NCBI GenBank assembly: GCA_963767985.1
Contig: CAVYGE010000006.1
Location: 774,334-838,333 of the forward strand
From: an uncultured Chloroflexia bacterium
GTDB taxonomy: Bacteria > Chloroflexota > Limnocylindria > QHBO01
Length of the DNA stretch: 64,000 bases
Direction: 5' to 3'
Shown here piece after piece: positions 10,963 through 21,092 of the stretch. Both the position numbers and the translations under genes were made by a program. The notes beneath the pieces are model-generated. The model had not been told where the DNA came from. It did no database searches and saw only the letters and a program-made list of their open reading frames with translations. Each line of letters opens with the position of its first letter. The stretch's first letter is position 1.

Positions 10963-12114
10963 GTGTCAACGTCCGCTACCTTCGCTCATTCATTCGTCCC
11001 GACCAGCATCGGGCGTGCCCGCCGCGGCCGGATCGTCACGCCGCACGGCGAGATCGAGACGCCCGAGTTCATGCCGGTCGGTACGCAGGCCACCGTGAAG
11101 TCGCTCACTCCCGGGGATCTGCGTGAGGCCGGCGCGCAGATGATCCTCGGAAATACCTATCACCTCAACCTCCGTCCCACCGCGGAGCGTATTGCGCGCC
11201 TCGGTGGCCTGCATCGGTTCATGGCATGGAACGGGCCGATCCTGACTGACTCCGGAGGGTTCCAGGTCTTCAGCCTGGCCGATCGCCGGCAGGTGGACGA
11301 TGACGGGGTCACCTTCGTGTCGCATCTCGACGGATCCACGCATCGCCTGACGCCCGAGCGCTCGATGGAGATCCAGGCTCTGCTGGGCTCCGACGTGGCC
11401 ATGGCCTTCGATCAGCTCGTCGATCCGGGCCTCCCTCACGCGGACGTCGCCGACGCCATGCGGCGCACGCACCGCTGGGCTGCGCGCTCGCTGGCCGCGC
11501 GGGGCAGTGGCGACCAGGCGGTGTTCGGGATCATCCAGGGCGGGATCGATCCCGCGCTGCGTCGCGAGTCCGTGGAGGCGGTGGCCGGCCTCGCATTCGA
11601 CGGGATTGCCGTTGGCGGTCTGTCGGTGGGGGAGTCCAAGACGGAGATGGCGGGAGCCCTCGACGTGGTGGCCGATGCGCTCGGTGCCGACCCACGCCCG
11701 CGCTACCTGATGGGCGTCGGCTCGCCGCCGGACTTCTTCACGGCGGTCGAGCGGGGGATCGACCTGTTCGACTGCGTTCTGCCGACACGCGTGGCCCGCA
11801 CCGGGCAGGTCTGGACCGACGCCGGTCGAATGAATCTGCGCAACGCCGGCTTCCAGGATGATGCAGCGCCGATCGACGACGAGTGCGCCTGCGAGACGTG
11901 TCGGCATCACTCGCGGGCGTACCTCGCGCATCTGTTCCGCGCGTCCGAGCTGCTGGCGTACCGATTGGCCACCGTCCACAACGTGACGTGGACGCTCCAC
12001 CTGCTGCGGCGCCTGCGCATCGGGCTCGAGGACGGCAGCTATGCGCAGCTGCGTGACCGGATCAGCGCCGCGTTTCGTCGAGAGCCCGGAAGGCGCCCGT
12101 ATGACGACGTATGA
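10963..12114 (+). CDS. tgt: Queuine tRNA-ribosyltransferase
   Basis: GRARRGRIVTPHGEIETPEFMPVGTQATVK...zinc-site CxCxxC...H (CACETCRHH). Intact. Confidence 0.93.
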   Translation: MSTSATFAHSFVPTSIGRARRGRIVTPHGEIETPEFMPVGTQATVKSLTPGDLREAGAQMILGNTYHLNLRPTAERIARLGGLHRFMAWNGPILTDSGGFQVFSLADRRQVDDDGVTFVSHLDGSTHRLTPERSMEIQALLGSDVAMAFDQLVDPGLPHADVADAMRRTHRWAARSLAARGSGDQAVFGIIQGGIDPALRRESVEAVAGLAFDGIAVGGLSVGESKTEMAGALDVVADALGADPRPRYLMGVGSPPDFFTAVERGIDLFDCVLPTRVARTGQVWTDAGRMNLRNAGFQDDAAPIDDECACETCRHHSRAYLAHLFRASELLAYRLATVHNVTWTLHLLRRLRIGLEDGSYAQLRDRISAAFRREPGRRPYDDV

Positions 12115-12120
12115 CGCGGG

Positions 12121-12180
12121 TGTAGAATGTCATCGCGTCGCACGAGCTGTCGCGATGCGAAGCGTAGAATTCGTTCGAGA
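12121..12180 (+). promoter_or_regulatory. Structured promoter/operator-like region upstream of the small basic ORF and recA: two TAGAAT boxes flanking an inverted repeat CATCGCG-N13-CGCGATG
   Basis: TAGAAT at 12123-12128 and 12165-12170, inverted repeat at 12131-12137 and 12151-12157. I could not match a canonical Cheo or actinobacterial LexA box. Confidence 0.3.
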
Positions 12181-12277
12181 CGATGCGGGGGAGCCGCGCG
12201 CTCGATAAGCGCCGGATAACAGGTCGGTAAGGGCCGAGAGAGCACGATCGTGTGGATCGCTCGGTCCGAAGCAGGAG

Positions 12278-12433
12278 GTTCGAGCGATGGCAAAGGGTCG
12301 GGATCGACCACGCAAGGAGCCGAAGCGCAAGGCCAAGGAGAAGGCGCCGAAGCTTCCACCGACCTCCTCGTACGAGCCGCCGGCTTCGGTCGAGGTGATC
12401 AAGCCCAAGCGCAAGGAGCGCGCGCCCCGCGAC
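12278..12433 (+). CDS. Small highly basic Lys/Arg/Pro-rich protein (51 aa, MAKGRDRPRKEPKRKAKEKAPKLPP...), immediately upstream of recA
   Basis: Perfect Shine-Dalgarno AGGAGG 8 nt upstream of the ATG. It is below the 60-aa cut-off of the ORF track. The composition is not the Arg/Ala/Gly junk of wrong-frame GC-rich DNA. Confidence 0.45.
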
Positions 12434-12490
12434 GAGGAGTGAACCCAGCGCCGCCGGGACCAACAAACGACTTTTCAGGAGCGGAACGAC

Positions 12491-13552
12491 ATGGATGCAC
12501 CGGTGGCAACAGCCCAGGTCCCGGTAGAGAAGAATGGGGAGCGCGGCCGCGCGGTTGACGCGGCCATCCTCCAGATCGAGAAGCAGTTCGGTCGCGGGTC
12601 GATCATGCGGCTCGGCGATCGCGGCGCGCAGAACGTCGAGGCCATCTCGACCGGCTCGGTGGCGCTCGACCTCGCGCTCGGCGTCGGTGGCGTGCCGCGC
12701 GGCCGCATCACCGAGATCTACGGCCCCGAATCGAGCGGCAAGACGACGCTGTGCTACCACGTGGCCGGCAATGCCCAGCGCATGGGCGGCATCGTCGCCT
12801 TCATCGACGCGGAGCACGCGCTCGATCCGGGGTATGCCCGCAACGTCGGCGTGGACGTCGACGAGCTCCTGGTGAGCCAGCCCGATACCGGTGAGCAGGC
12901 GCTCGAGATCGCCGAGACGCTGATTCGCTCGAACGGCGTCGACGTCGTGATCGTCGACTCGGTGGCCGCGCTGGTTCCGAGAGCCGAGATCGAGGGCGAC
13001 ATGGGCGACGCGCATGTCGGCCTCCAGGCCCGTCTCATGAGCCAGGCGCTGCGCAAGCTGACGGGCGCCATCAACCGCAGCAATACCGCGCTCGTCTTCA
13101 CGAACCAGCTGCGGGAGAAGATCGGGGTGATGTTCGGCAATCCCGAGACGACGCCCGGTGGCCGCGCGCTGAAGTTCTACGCGAGCGTTCGGATGGACAT
13201 CCGCCGTATCGAGACCCTGAAGTCAGGCACGGATGCCATCGGATCGCGAACCCGCGTGAAGGTGGTGAAGAACAAGGTCGCCAGCCCCTTCCGGGTGGCG
13301 GAGTTCGACATCATGTACAACGAGGGGATCAGCGTCGAGGGCGGGCTCCTCGATGTCGGCATCGCCGCGGGGGTCCTGTCGAAGACGGGAGCCTGGTTCA
13401 ACTACGGCGATGTCCGGCTCGGGCAGGGCCGCGAGAACTCGCGCGAGTTCCTCAAGACGAACCCGGAGATCGCCGAGAAGATCGACGACGAGATTCGCGG
13501 CAAGGTTGCGAGCATCGAGGTCGGAGTCGACGGGATCGCCGAGGCCGAGTAG
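12491..13552 (+). CDS. recA: Recombinase RecA
   Basis: Full-length RecA ([10 protein letters not shown]...). Intact, 353 aa. Confidence 0.97.
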   Translation: MDAPVATAQVPVEKNGERGRAVDAAILQIEKQFGRGSIMRLGDRGAQNVEAISTGSVALDLALGVGGVPRGRITEIYGPESSGKTTLCYHVAGNAQRMGGIVAFIDAEHALDPGYARNVGVDVDELLVSQPDTGEQALEIAETLIRSNGVDVVIVDSVAALVPRAEIEGDMGDAHVGLQARLMSQALRKLTGAINRSNTALVFTNQLREKIGVMFGNPETTPGGRALKFYASVRMDIRRIETLKSGTDAIGSRTRVKVVKNKVASPFRVAEFDIMYNEGISVEGGLLDVGIAAGVLSKTGAWFNYGDVRLGQGRENSREFLKTNPEIAEKIDDEIRGKVASIEVGVDGIAEAE

Positions 13553-13557
13553 GGCGC

Positions 13558-14099
13558 GTGGCAGCCCGACCCACAAGACGGAGCAGAGAGGCCTCTGAGC
13601 CTCCCTCGGCCACCGCGGCGATGGAGATCGCCACCCGGTTCCTGGCTGCCCGTCCCAGGTCCCGGTGGGAGATCGAGCGACGCCTTGCCCGCGCGTCGGT
13701 GGGTGAGAAGGTGATCCGATCCACCGTCGAGCGGCTCGCCGAGCTGGGCTACGCCGATGACGCGGCCTTCGCGCGCTGGTGGGCTGAACAGCGGGACCGT
13801 CACGCTCCGCGCGGCCGTCGCCTGCTCGAGGCCGAGCTGCGGCGTCAAGGGGTCCCGCGTGACGTGATCGACGCGGTCCGCGACGAGATCGATGCACCCG
13901 AGCGGGCGCCGGAGGACGAAGAACTCCCCGGCTCGGAGCTCGAGCGCGCGAGCGATGCGCTGCAGCGACACCTGCGGGGCCGCCCCATGCCCGAGGATCC
14001 GCGGGCACGGCAACGCATCGGCATGTACCTGATGCGTCGCGGATTCGACGCGAGCACGACGCGGATGGTGATCGGCGCCCACATCAGCCGAGGACATGA
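13558..14099 (+). CDS. recX: Recombination regulator RecX. The C-terminal boundary is uncertain: there is no in-frame stop before the next gene.
   Basis: MEIATRFLAARPRSRWEIERRLA...LGYADDAAFARWWAEQR...LMRRGFDASTTRMVIG matches RecX. The frame reads through into the DUF1801 gene. An out-of-frame TGA at 14097 would give a ~180-aa RecX if a 1-nt indel is present. Confidence 0.6.
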
Positions 14100-14166
14100 C
14101 CGAGGAAGCGACTGGACCGACGGACTAGGCTGGGTGGGAGCACCCGAGTTCAGGAGAGGCGCGAGC

Positions 14167-14654
14167 ATGGCCAGCAACGCACGCACACCGGAGGAGTACA
14201 TCTCGTCTCTGCCCGCGGACCGCGCCGCGGCGGTCGAGGAGGTTCGACGCGTGATCCGTGGAGAACCTTCCCGAGGGGTACGAGGAGGGCATGCAGTTCG
14301 GAATGATCGGATGGTACGTGCCGCTCGAGCGATTCCCCGACACCTACAACGGTCAACCGCTCGGGCTCGCGGCCCTCGCCAGTCAGAAGCATCATCTCAG
14401 CCTCTACCTCAACAGCGTCTACGGGGACCCTGCGACCGAACGATGGTTCCACGATCGGTACGCCACGTCGGGAAAGAAGCTCGACATGGGCAAGTCGTGC
14501 CTGCGATTCAAGCAAGTGCGACGACCTCCCGCTCGACGTGATTGGCGAGACCATTGCCCGGGCGGACCTCGATGAGTTCCTCGACCACTACCGCGCGGCT
14601 CGAGGGTCGTCGCGGCGCACGCGAAACGCCGGTCACGGGTCATCGAATCCGTGA
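14167..14654 (+). CDS. DUF1801 (YdhG/YdeI-like) domain protein, with 2 frameshifts
   Basis: [10 protein letters not shown] before ATG 14167. TPEEYISSLPADRAAAVEEVRRVIRG / ENLPEGYEEGMQFGMIGWYVPL...KHHLSLYL...GKSCLRFKQV / DDLPLDVIGETIARADLDEFLDHY are read in three frames. Confidence 0.6.
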
Positions 14655-14656
14655 TC

Positions 14657-14678
14657 GCATCCGTGTTTCCACGGATGC
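14657..14678 (+). terminator. Perfect 9-bp stem / 4-nt loop hairpin (GCATCCGTG-TTTC-CACGGATGC) 3 nt after the DUF1801 stop. Candidate terminator of the recA-recX-DUF1801 unit.
   Basis: The stem-loop is read directly from the sequence. There is no downstream U-tract, as is common in high-GC genomes. Confidence 0.35.
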
Positions 14679-14938
14679 GCCCGTGTCTCTGGGTGCCTAG
14701 CCTGTGGGCGTGAGACTTGCCGACTGGCTCGATGAATACCGAACCCTGCCGACGGAGGGATTCTCGCGACCCCAGACCGCAGCCGGACGACTGGGAGGAG
14801 CAGGACCTGATCGCCCCGCCGGACCGCGAGCCCGATCTGTCACCTCGATGGCTGCGACGCGCCGAACGCGTCGGCTACGGACGCCCGACCCGGCTCTAGC
14901 CGCCGTCGCCGGCACCGCTACGCCCCGGGGTCTAGGCT

Positions 14939-15899
14939 GTGGCCATGCGTTACGCCCTCATGACCGAGCCCCAGCAGGGGCTGACCTACGACGAGCTGTT
15001 GGCCATCGTGCGAACCGCCGAGGAGGCGGGGATCGAGGCGTTCTTCCGATCCGATCACTACGCCAGCTTTCCGGGTGATGCCGGCCTTCCGACGACGGAC
15101 GCGTGGACGACGATCGGTGGACTCGCGCGGGAGACCACCACGATCCGGCTGGGGATTCTCGTGTCACCGGTGACCTTCCGGATCCCCGGCACGCTGGCGA
15201 AGGTCATCCAGACCGCCGACGAGATGAGCGGGGGCCGCATCGAGGCGGGCCTCGGCGCCGGCTGGAACGAGGAGGAGCACGCGCAGCTCGGCATACCGTT
15301 CCCGCCCATCGGCGAGCGCTACGACATGCTGGCCGAGCAGCTGGAGATTCTGCACGGCCTGTGGACCGAACCCGATGGCTGGTCGTACGAGGGCAAGCAT
15401 TGGCAGGTCCGCGACGCCATCCGACACGGCCCGATTGCACGTGACGGGCGACGCCACCCGCACATCATCCTCGGCGGCCGCGGGCTGCCGCGCATGGCCG
15501 ATCTCGCCGCACGCTACGCGGACGAGTTCAACCTGTTGTCCGCGTCGCCCGAAGGCGCTTCGGCGGCGTACCGCCGCGTGCGAGACGCCTGCCAGACGGT
15601 CGGGCGTGATCCCGACGAGCTGGTGTACTCGGCCATGACCGGGGTGCTCGTGGCGGAGACCGAGGACGACCTCATGACACGGGTCAACGATCTCATGGCC
15701 GCGCTCGGGAATCGGCCCGAGGACTCGTCATCCTGGCTCGCCGAGCGGCGCGCCCGCTGGATCATGGGTACGCCCGACGAAGCCGCCGAACGCGTGGCGG
15801 CGCTTGGGTCGCGAAGGGACGGAGCGGATCATGCTGCAGGACTTCCTGCCGCGCGACCTCGACCACGTCCGGCTCATCGGCCGGATCTTCGCCGGCTGA
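14939..15899 (+). CDS. LLM-class (luciferase-like) F420-dependent oxidoreductase, with one frameshift near 15815
   Basis: MRYALMTEPQQGLTYDELLAIVRTAEEAGIEAFFRSDHY...typical TIGR03560-like family. C-terminal ...IMLQDFLPRDLDHVRLIGRIFAG is in a second frame. Confidence 0.7.
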
Positions 15900-16051
15900 G
15901 GCTCGGCTCCCGACCGCGGCCGAAGTTGCGCTACACTCCCACGATCGGGACGCCCCGACGCCAGAGACTCATCTGTCTCTGCCGAGACGCCCGCCGCATG
16001 GCGAGCGCGATACCGCCCATACCGGGCTCCAACGAACGGGGGAGCCGAATC

Positions 16052-17589
16052 ATGATCGACCCTCTCGTCGCCGTTCTCGCGGCGACGATCGCCGGCATCG
16101 CCGGCATCGTCATAGGCCTCTTCGTCCGGCGCGTGCTCAGCTCACGCTCCGTGAAGCACGCCGATCACTACGCCGAGCGCCTCGTCGCCGATGCGCGCGC
16201 CAAGCAGAAGGAGATCGTCCTCGAGGGCAAGGACGAGGCCCTGCAGCTGCGGCGCGCGGCCGAAGAAGAGGCGCGCGAGCAGCGAGTCACCATTCAGCGT
16301 TCCGAGCGCCGACTCCTGGACCGGGAGGAGGCGCTCGATCGCAAGATCGAGGCTCTCGAGCGCCGCGAGGAGGCTCTCGGCCAGCGGCAGGAGGAGCTGG
16401 AGGAGGAGCTGCGTCGCGTGGCCGAGCTCCAGGAGCGCCAGCTGAACGAGCTCCAGCACATCTCCGGCCTGAGTGCCGCCGAGGCCCGCGAGGGCCTCAT
16501 CGGCCAGATCGTCGACGAGGCCCAGGCGGAAGCGCAGCACCGCGTTCGCGAAATCGAACGACATGCCACCGAGGAGGGCGAGGACCGGGCCCGCAGGGTG
16601 CTGACCACGGTCATGCAGCGGATCGCGGCGGATCATACCTCGGAGGCCACGATCACCGTCGTGCCGCTGCCGAATGAGGAGATGAAGGGCCGAATCATCG
16701 GCCGCGAGGGGCGCAACATCCGCGCGCTCGAGCAGGCCACCGGCGTCGACCTGATCATCGACGACACGCCGGAAGCGGTCGTGCTGTCCGGGTTCGACCC
16801 CGTGCGTCGCGAGGTCGCGCGACTCACGCTCCTCAAGCTGATCTCGGACGGCCGCATCCATCCCGGCCGCATCGAGGAGACGGTCGCCAAGTGCCGATCC
16901 GAGATCGAGGTCGTGATGCGCCAGTCCGGCGAGCAGGCCGCCTACGATGCCGGCGGTTCCGGGCTCTGCATCCGGAGCTGATCAAGCTCATCGGCCGCCT
17001 CAAGTACCGCACCAGCTACGGCCAGAACGTGCTGAATCACTGCGTCGAGACCTCCCGTCTCGGCGGGCCTCCTGGCCGCCGAGATCGGGGCCAACGTCGC
17101 CGAGTCCAAGAAGGGCGGCCTGCTGCACGACATCGGCAAGGCCGTCGATCACGAAGTGGAGGGTCCGCACGCCGCCATCGGCGCCGAGATCGCCAGCCGC
17201 TACGGGGTCACACCGACGGTGTGCAACGCGATCGCGGCCCACCACCAGGAGGTGGAGCAGGAGACGACCGAGGCAACCGTGGTCCAGATCGCCGACGCGA
17301 TCAGCGCGTCGCGGCCCGGGGCGCGCGGGGAGAACCTCGACAACTACGTGAAGCGCCTCGACGACCTTCAGCAGATCGCGCTGAGCTTCCCGGCGGCGTC
17401 GAGCGCTGCTTCGCGATCCAGGCCGGGCGCGAGATCCGCATCCTCGTCCGGCCGGATGCGATCGATGATCTGGCCTCGAGCCGCCTCGCTCGCGACGTGG
17501 TGAAGAAGATCGAGGAGCAGCTCCAGTACCCGGGCCAGATCAAGGTGACCGTCATCCGCGAGACCCGCGCCGTCGACTTCGCCCGGTGA
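16052..17589 (+). CDS. rny: Ribonuclease Y (membrane anchor, coiled coil, KH, HD), disrupted by about 4 frameshifts in this assembly
   Basis: N-terminal [27 protein letters not shown] and a coiled coil. KH domain [30 protein letters not shown]-domain pieces [29 protein letters not shown] / [24 protein letters not shown]...AIAAHH / ...[17 protein letters not shown] lie in different frames. GGGGAG SD before ATG 16052. Confidence 0.8.
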
Positions 17590-18432
17590 GCAGCGGCACC
17601 CGCATCTGCGTCATCGGCGACATCATCGGCAAACCCGGCCGCCTGGCGGTCATGCACGTGCTGCCGGACCTTCGTCGCGAGCTGGAGCTCGATCTCGTCA
17701 TCGCCAATGGGGAGAACACGGCGGCCGGCGCCGGCCTGACGCCGAGCCTGGCCGAGGAGCTGCTGGGCGGGGGCGTCGATGTCATCACCAGCGGGAATCA
17801 CATCTGGGACAAGCGCGAGATCTACGACTACCTCGACACCGGCCGCCCGGTCCTGCGCCCGATCAACTATCCCGACGAGGCGCCCGGCCGCGGCTGGCTG
17901 GTTCATCACGCGGAGGACGGAACCGAGGTCGCGGTGATCAACGCCATGGGCCGCGTCTTCATGAACCAGCTGGACTCGCCCTTCACCAAGCTCGACGCGC
18001 TGCTGGACGAGGCCGCAGAGCCGTTGCCGAAGATCCGCATTCTCGACTTCCACTGTGAGATCACGTCGGAGAAGAACGCCATGGGCTGGTACCTGGACGG
18101 CCGCGTCAGCGGCGTGGTGGGAACGCACACCCATGTTCCGACGGCGGACGCCCGAGTCCTGCCCGGCGGGACGGCGTACATCAGCGACATCGGCATGACC
18201 GGACCGCGCGACTCGGTCATCGGCTTCAGCCTCGAGACGGTCCTGCCGCGCTTCACGCGCCATCTTCCGACCCGATTCGCCGTGGCCGATGGGCCGGTTG
18301 CGTTCAACGCGGTGGTCATCACGGTTGATCCGGCGACGGGGTCGGCAAGCACCATCGAGCAGGTGCAGCGCCTGATCGAGGTGTACGGTGGAGTCCCGGC
18401 GAGTATATACGTATATACTCGCGAGGCAATGA
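17586..18432 (+). CDS. ymdB: YmdB-family 2',3'-cyclic-nucleotide 2'-phosphodiesterase (metallophosphoesterase). As sequenced it reads through in frame into miaA.
   Basis: [14 protein letters not shown]...GNHIWDKRE...[10 protein letters not shown] is a TIGR00282-type metallophosphoesterase. The expected stop TGA (18430-18432, overlapping the miaA ATG) is in the +1 frame. Confidence 0.75.
18399..18422 (+). repeat. 24-bp AT-rich perfect palindrome GCGAGTATATACGTATATACTCGC at the ymdB/miaA junction
   Basis: Reverse-complement identity over 24 nt. This is an AT-rich island in ~70% GC DNA, and its core TATATACGTATATA is unusual for this genome. Confidence 0.6.
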
Positions 18433-19361
18433 AGGGTCCGGGGCCCCTCGTCGCGGTCGTCGGGCCCACCGCCTCGGGCAAGACGGACCTGGCTCTGGCG
18501 CTTGCCACAAAGTGGCCGGTCGAGGTCCTCGTCGCCGATTCGCGACAGGTGTACCGCGGCATGGACGTCGGCACGGCGAAGCCGGATCACGACGCGCGCG
18601 CGCGGGTCCGGCATCACCTCATCGACGTCGTCGAACCCGGCGATGCATTCAGCGTGGCCCGGTGGGTCGAGCTGGCCCGGGCAGTCATTCCGGAGGTCGC
18701 CGAGCGGGGTCGGATCCCGATGGTCGTCGGCGGCACAGGTCTCTACATCACGTCACTGCTCGACGGCCACGACTATGCCGGTCAGCCGTGGTCACCCGAG
18801 GTCCGCCGTCGATTGACCGATGAGCTCGCGGCCGACGGGCTTGGCGCGATGGCGGCGCGGCTTGCGGCCGTCAATCCCGAGGTGGCAGCACGGACCGACC
18901 TCAGCAATCCGCGCCGAGTGCTCCGTGCCCTCGAGCGCGTCGACGCCGGAGGTGGGGGAGTGCCCGTCCACAACATGCCGTACGCGGGACGCGTGGCCAT
19001 GATCGCCCTCACCCGGCCGCGCGCCACGCTTGCCCGGCGCATCGACGAGCGTGCCGCGTGGCTGTTCGCGCATGGGCTTCTGGACGAAGTGCGGCGCCTG
19101 ATGAGTGGGGGGACCGCCGCGGACAGTCATCCGATGACAGGTCACGGATATGCCGAGGCGGCTCGCGTCCTGGCGGGGGAATGGTCGCTCGAGGAAGCGG
19201 TTCGGGTCACGGCGGCGCGCACCCGCCAGTACGCGAAGCGCCAGCTCACGTGGTTTCGGCGCGATCCGCGGATCGTGTGGATCGCGGCCGGCGACCGCCC
19301 CGGGGACGACCCGAGCCTCGTGGCCGAGGCCGACCGCGTCCTTCGCGCCGCGCTCAGTTGA
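18429..19361 (+). CDS. miaA: tRNA dimethylallyltransferase MiaA
   Basis: [26 protein letters not shown]...VADSRQVYRGMDVGTAKP...Walker A and the DMAPP-binding loop. The ATG at 18429 is in frame with ymdB. Confidence 0.85.
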   Translation: MKGPGPLVAVVGPTASGKTDLALALATKWPVEVLVADSRQVYRGMDVGTAKPDHDARARVRHHLIDVVEPGDAFSVARWVELARAVIPEVAERGRIPMVVGGTGLYITSLLDGHDYAGQPWSPEVRRRLTDELAADGLGAMAARLAAVNPEVAARTDLSNPRRVLRALERVDAGGGGVPVHNMPYAGRVAMIALTRPRATLARRIDERAAWLFAHGLLDEVRRLMSGGTAADSHPMTGHGYAEAARVLAGEWSLEEAVRVTAARTRQYAKRQLTWFRRDPRIVWIAAGDRPGDDPSLVAEADRVLRAALS

Positions 19362-20956
19362 TGGTGGATAGACCCATCGACTCGCGCCAGGCGGCCACGC
19401 CAGCCGACGTCAGCTCGGGAACACGATGGACCGGCAACGCCTTCCGCTCGAGCGGTCCGGGCCGCCCCAGGTGGTAGCCCTGCCCATGCAGGATGCCAAG
19501 GGCAGTCAGTGGCTCCATCTGCGTCGCGTGCTCGATCCCCTCCGCGATGACCATGGCGCCGGTGCGCGTCGCGAGATCGACCACCGAGCCCAGCACGGCG
19601 CTGTAGCGGCCGTCGGACGCGCTGCGTTGGACGAGCGTCAGGTCGACCTTGAGGATGTCGAACCCGATATCGGCAAGCAGACGGAGTCCCGCGTTGCCGG
19701 CGCCGATGTCATCGGCGGCGAACCGGATCCCGAGGCGACGGCATGCATCGAGCCGAGCGCGCACGCGTTCGATGTCGATGAACTGCTGCTGCTCGGTGAT
19801 CTCGATCACCAGCCGGTCGCGACGGGAAGTCATGGCGTGCCAGGATGGCCTGGATGGCGGAGGCGCTGAACTCCGGCGCCTCGACGGTCGGTGGCGAGAG
19901 GTTGACGCTCAGGAACTGGTCGGCCGGCAGCCCTCCGGCGTTGGCCACGATCGTCTCGATGCAAGCGAGGTCGAGCGCCGAGAGCCGGCCACCGGCCTCG
20001 GCGGCGGCGAACAGCGAACCCGGGTTGTCGAATGGGGCAGGCGGGAGAGGTCGGATCAGGCCCTCGACACCGACCGTTCGGCCGTCGACCAACGACACGA
20101 TGGGCTGGAACACCGCTCCGAGGTGACCATGCGCGATGACCTGTGCCACGGCCGCTGCCGCTGAGGTGGCATCGGCGGGGGAGTCGGATGCCGTCGGGGA
20201 GAAGACGACGATGTCGGTGCGGCCGCCGCGCTTCGCCGCATACAGCGATGCGTCGGCCTGGGAGTAGAGCTGCGCGGCGGACTCCGCGAATGCCGGCAGA
20301 CCCGAGATCCCGCAGGAGAACGAGATCGGCCCGGTGTCCGAGTGGCCGGTCGAGGGCTGCAGCGTCTGGGCGAGGATGCGTCGCATGACGATGCGCGCAC
20401 CTTCGGGATCGGTGTGTGGCAGGAGAACCGCGAACTCGTCACCACCGACCCGATACGGGCGGTCGGCGAGGCGCAGCCCAGCCGGGATCAGCTCACCCAG
20501 CGCCCTGAGGACGCGGTCTCCGGCTGCGTGGCCCTGTCCGTCGTTGATGGCCTTGAACTCATCGAGGTCGATGAGCGCCAGGGCCAATGGCGTCTCGTAG
20601 CGCAGCGAGGCCGCCACCTGCCGCTCGAGCTCTTCGTGGAACGCGCGATGGTTGCCGAGGCCGGTGAGTGGATCGCGGAGTGCGTCGGCAACCGCGGCCT
20701 CGTACCGCAGCTGAAGGTCGGCATGGACGTCCGCAAAGGGAGCCACCATGAGCCGCAGGGCGACGCCGGCGACCGCCATCGACCCGATCGCGGCGACGAT
20801 GACCGCCGCCAGCTCGTCCGGCCCGATGACGAGGAGTGCCAGGCGGTGCGACACGACGAACGCGCCCAGGGCGCAGACGAAGCCCAGGGCGAAACGCCCG
20901 GCCAGCCCGGACGGCAACCCCCCGATTCGCGTGGCGCCGGCACGAGCGTGCTTCAC
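19354..20956 (-). CDS. Membrane-anchored GGDEF-EAL protein (diguanylate cyclase / phosphodiesterase), with a frameshift near 19800
   Basis: TM segments, then a GGDEF domain (RVGGDEF) and an EAL domain (EGLIRP...). The C-terminal EAL part continues in ORF 19354..19833. The start is uncertain (GTG 20956 chosen). Confidence 0.65.
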
Positions 20957-21092
20957 CTGGTCTCCGATCAGGCTCCAAATGCCCCCAGGCACGTGGTTAT
21001 CGCAGAATTGGTGCTTGTGCGCACCCGGACGTTCGTACCCCAGAGGAAGCGTGGGGCGCCACGAATGCATTCCGCTACCATTGGTCGAACAG

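Noticed and set aside
12062-13015. 317-aa minus-strand ORF overlapping recA
   Set aside because: Antisense to intact recA and tgt. Low-complexity Arg/Asp/Leu composition.
18399-18422. The 24-bp palindrome as a rho-independent terminator
   Set aside because: It is a perfect palindrome with no loop and no U-tract, and it sits between two genes that are normally co-transcribed and translationally coupled. An operator or recognition site is more plausible than a terminator.
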